Assembly (NCBI GenBank): GCA_963713825.1
Contig: CAVQNG010000005.1
Span: 160,001 to 224,000, forward strand
DNA length: 64,000 bases
Source: an uncultured Acidobacteriota bacterium
GTDB taxonomy: Bacteria > Acidobacteriota > Thermoanaerobaculia > Multivoradales > JAHEKO01
Reading direction: 5' to 3'
Part shown: piece by piece, positions 63,999 to 64,000 of the stretch
Position numbering within the stretch: the stretch's first letter is position 1
Layout of the letters: each line of letters opens with the position of its first letter
Translations under genes and position numbers: made by a program
The notes under the pieces: generated by a model
Seen by the model: the letters and a program-made list of their open reading frames with translations, nothing else
Told to the model about the DNA's origin: nothing
The model's database searches: none

Positions 63999-64000
63999 CA

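Overview
GC-rich bacterial chromosomal segment. Gene content (Ser/Thr kinases with beta-propeller or TPR tails, an acidobacterial VWA protein, a VPS10/BNR glycosyl hydrolase-like protein, an FG-GAP protein with an IFxxxFExGD tail, and pilT-pilC-pilS-pilR) suggests Acidobacteriota, probably Thermoanaerobaculia-like; this is an inference. About 50 CDSs are supported, mostly housekeeping or envelope genes: crcB, pepP, a hydroxyproline epimerase/dehydrogenase cluster, an octaheme HAO-family cytochrome with a porin, moeA, pntA1/A2/B, tmk, holB, manC and trmB. The most notable signals are non-coding. (1) A tRNA-Sec (selC) locus is preceded by an FmdB zinc-ribbon gene whose apparent TGA stop is followed by a SECIS-like hairpin, suggesting a C-terminal selenoprotein ending ...GFS-U-A. 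It is followed by a degenerate inverted copy of selC and a direct repeat of the selC 3' end. (2) A dispersed family of about 47-bp REP-like hairpin units occurs at five loci; at two of them it accompanies a conserved, strand-specific, highly structured core of about 165 nt, and one copy is a 421-bp element with roughly 72-bp terminal inverted repeats. (3) A c-di-GMP-I riboswitch lies upstream of the FG-GAP adhesin. (4) Two matching ECF-sigma promoters are present. No CRISPR array, transposase or integrase was seen. All calls come from reading the sequence; no searches were run.
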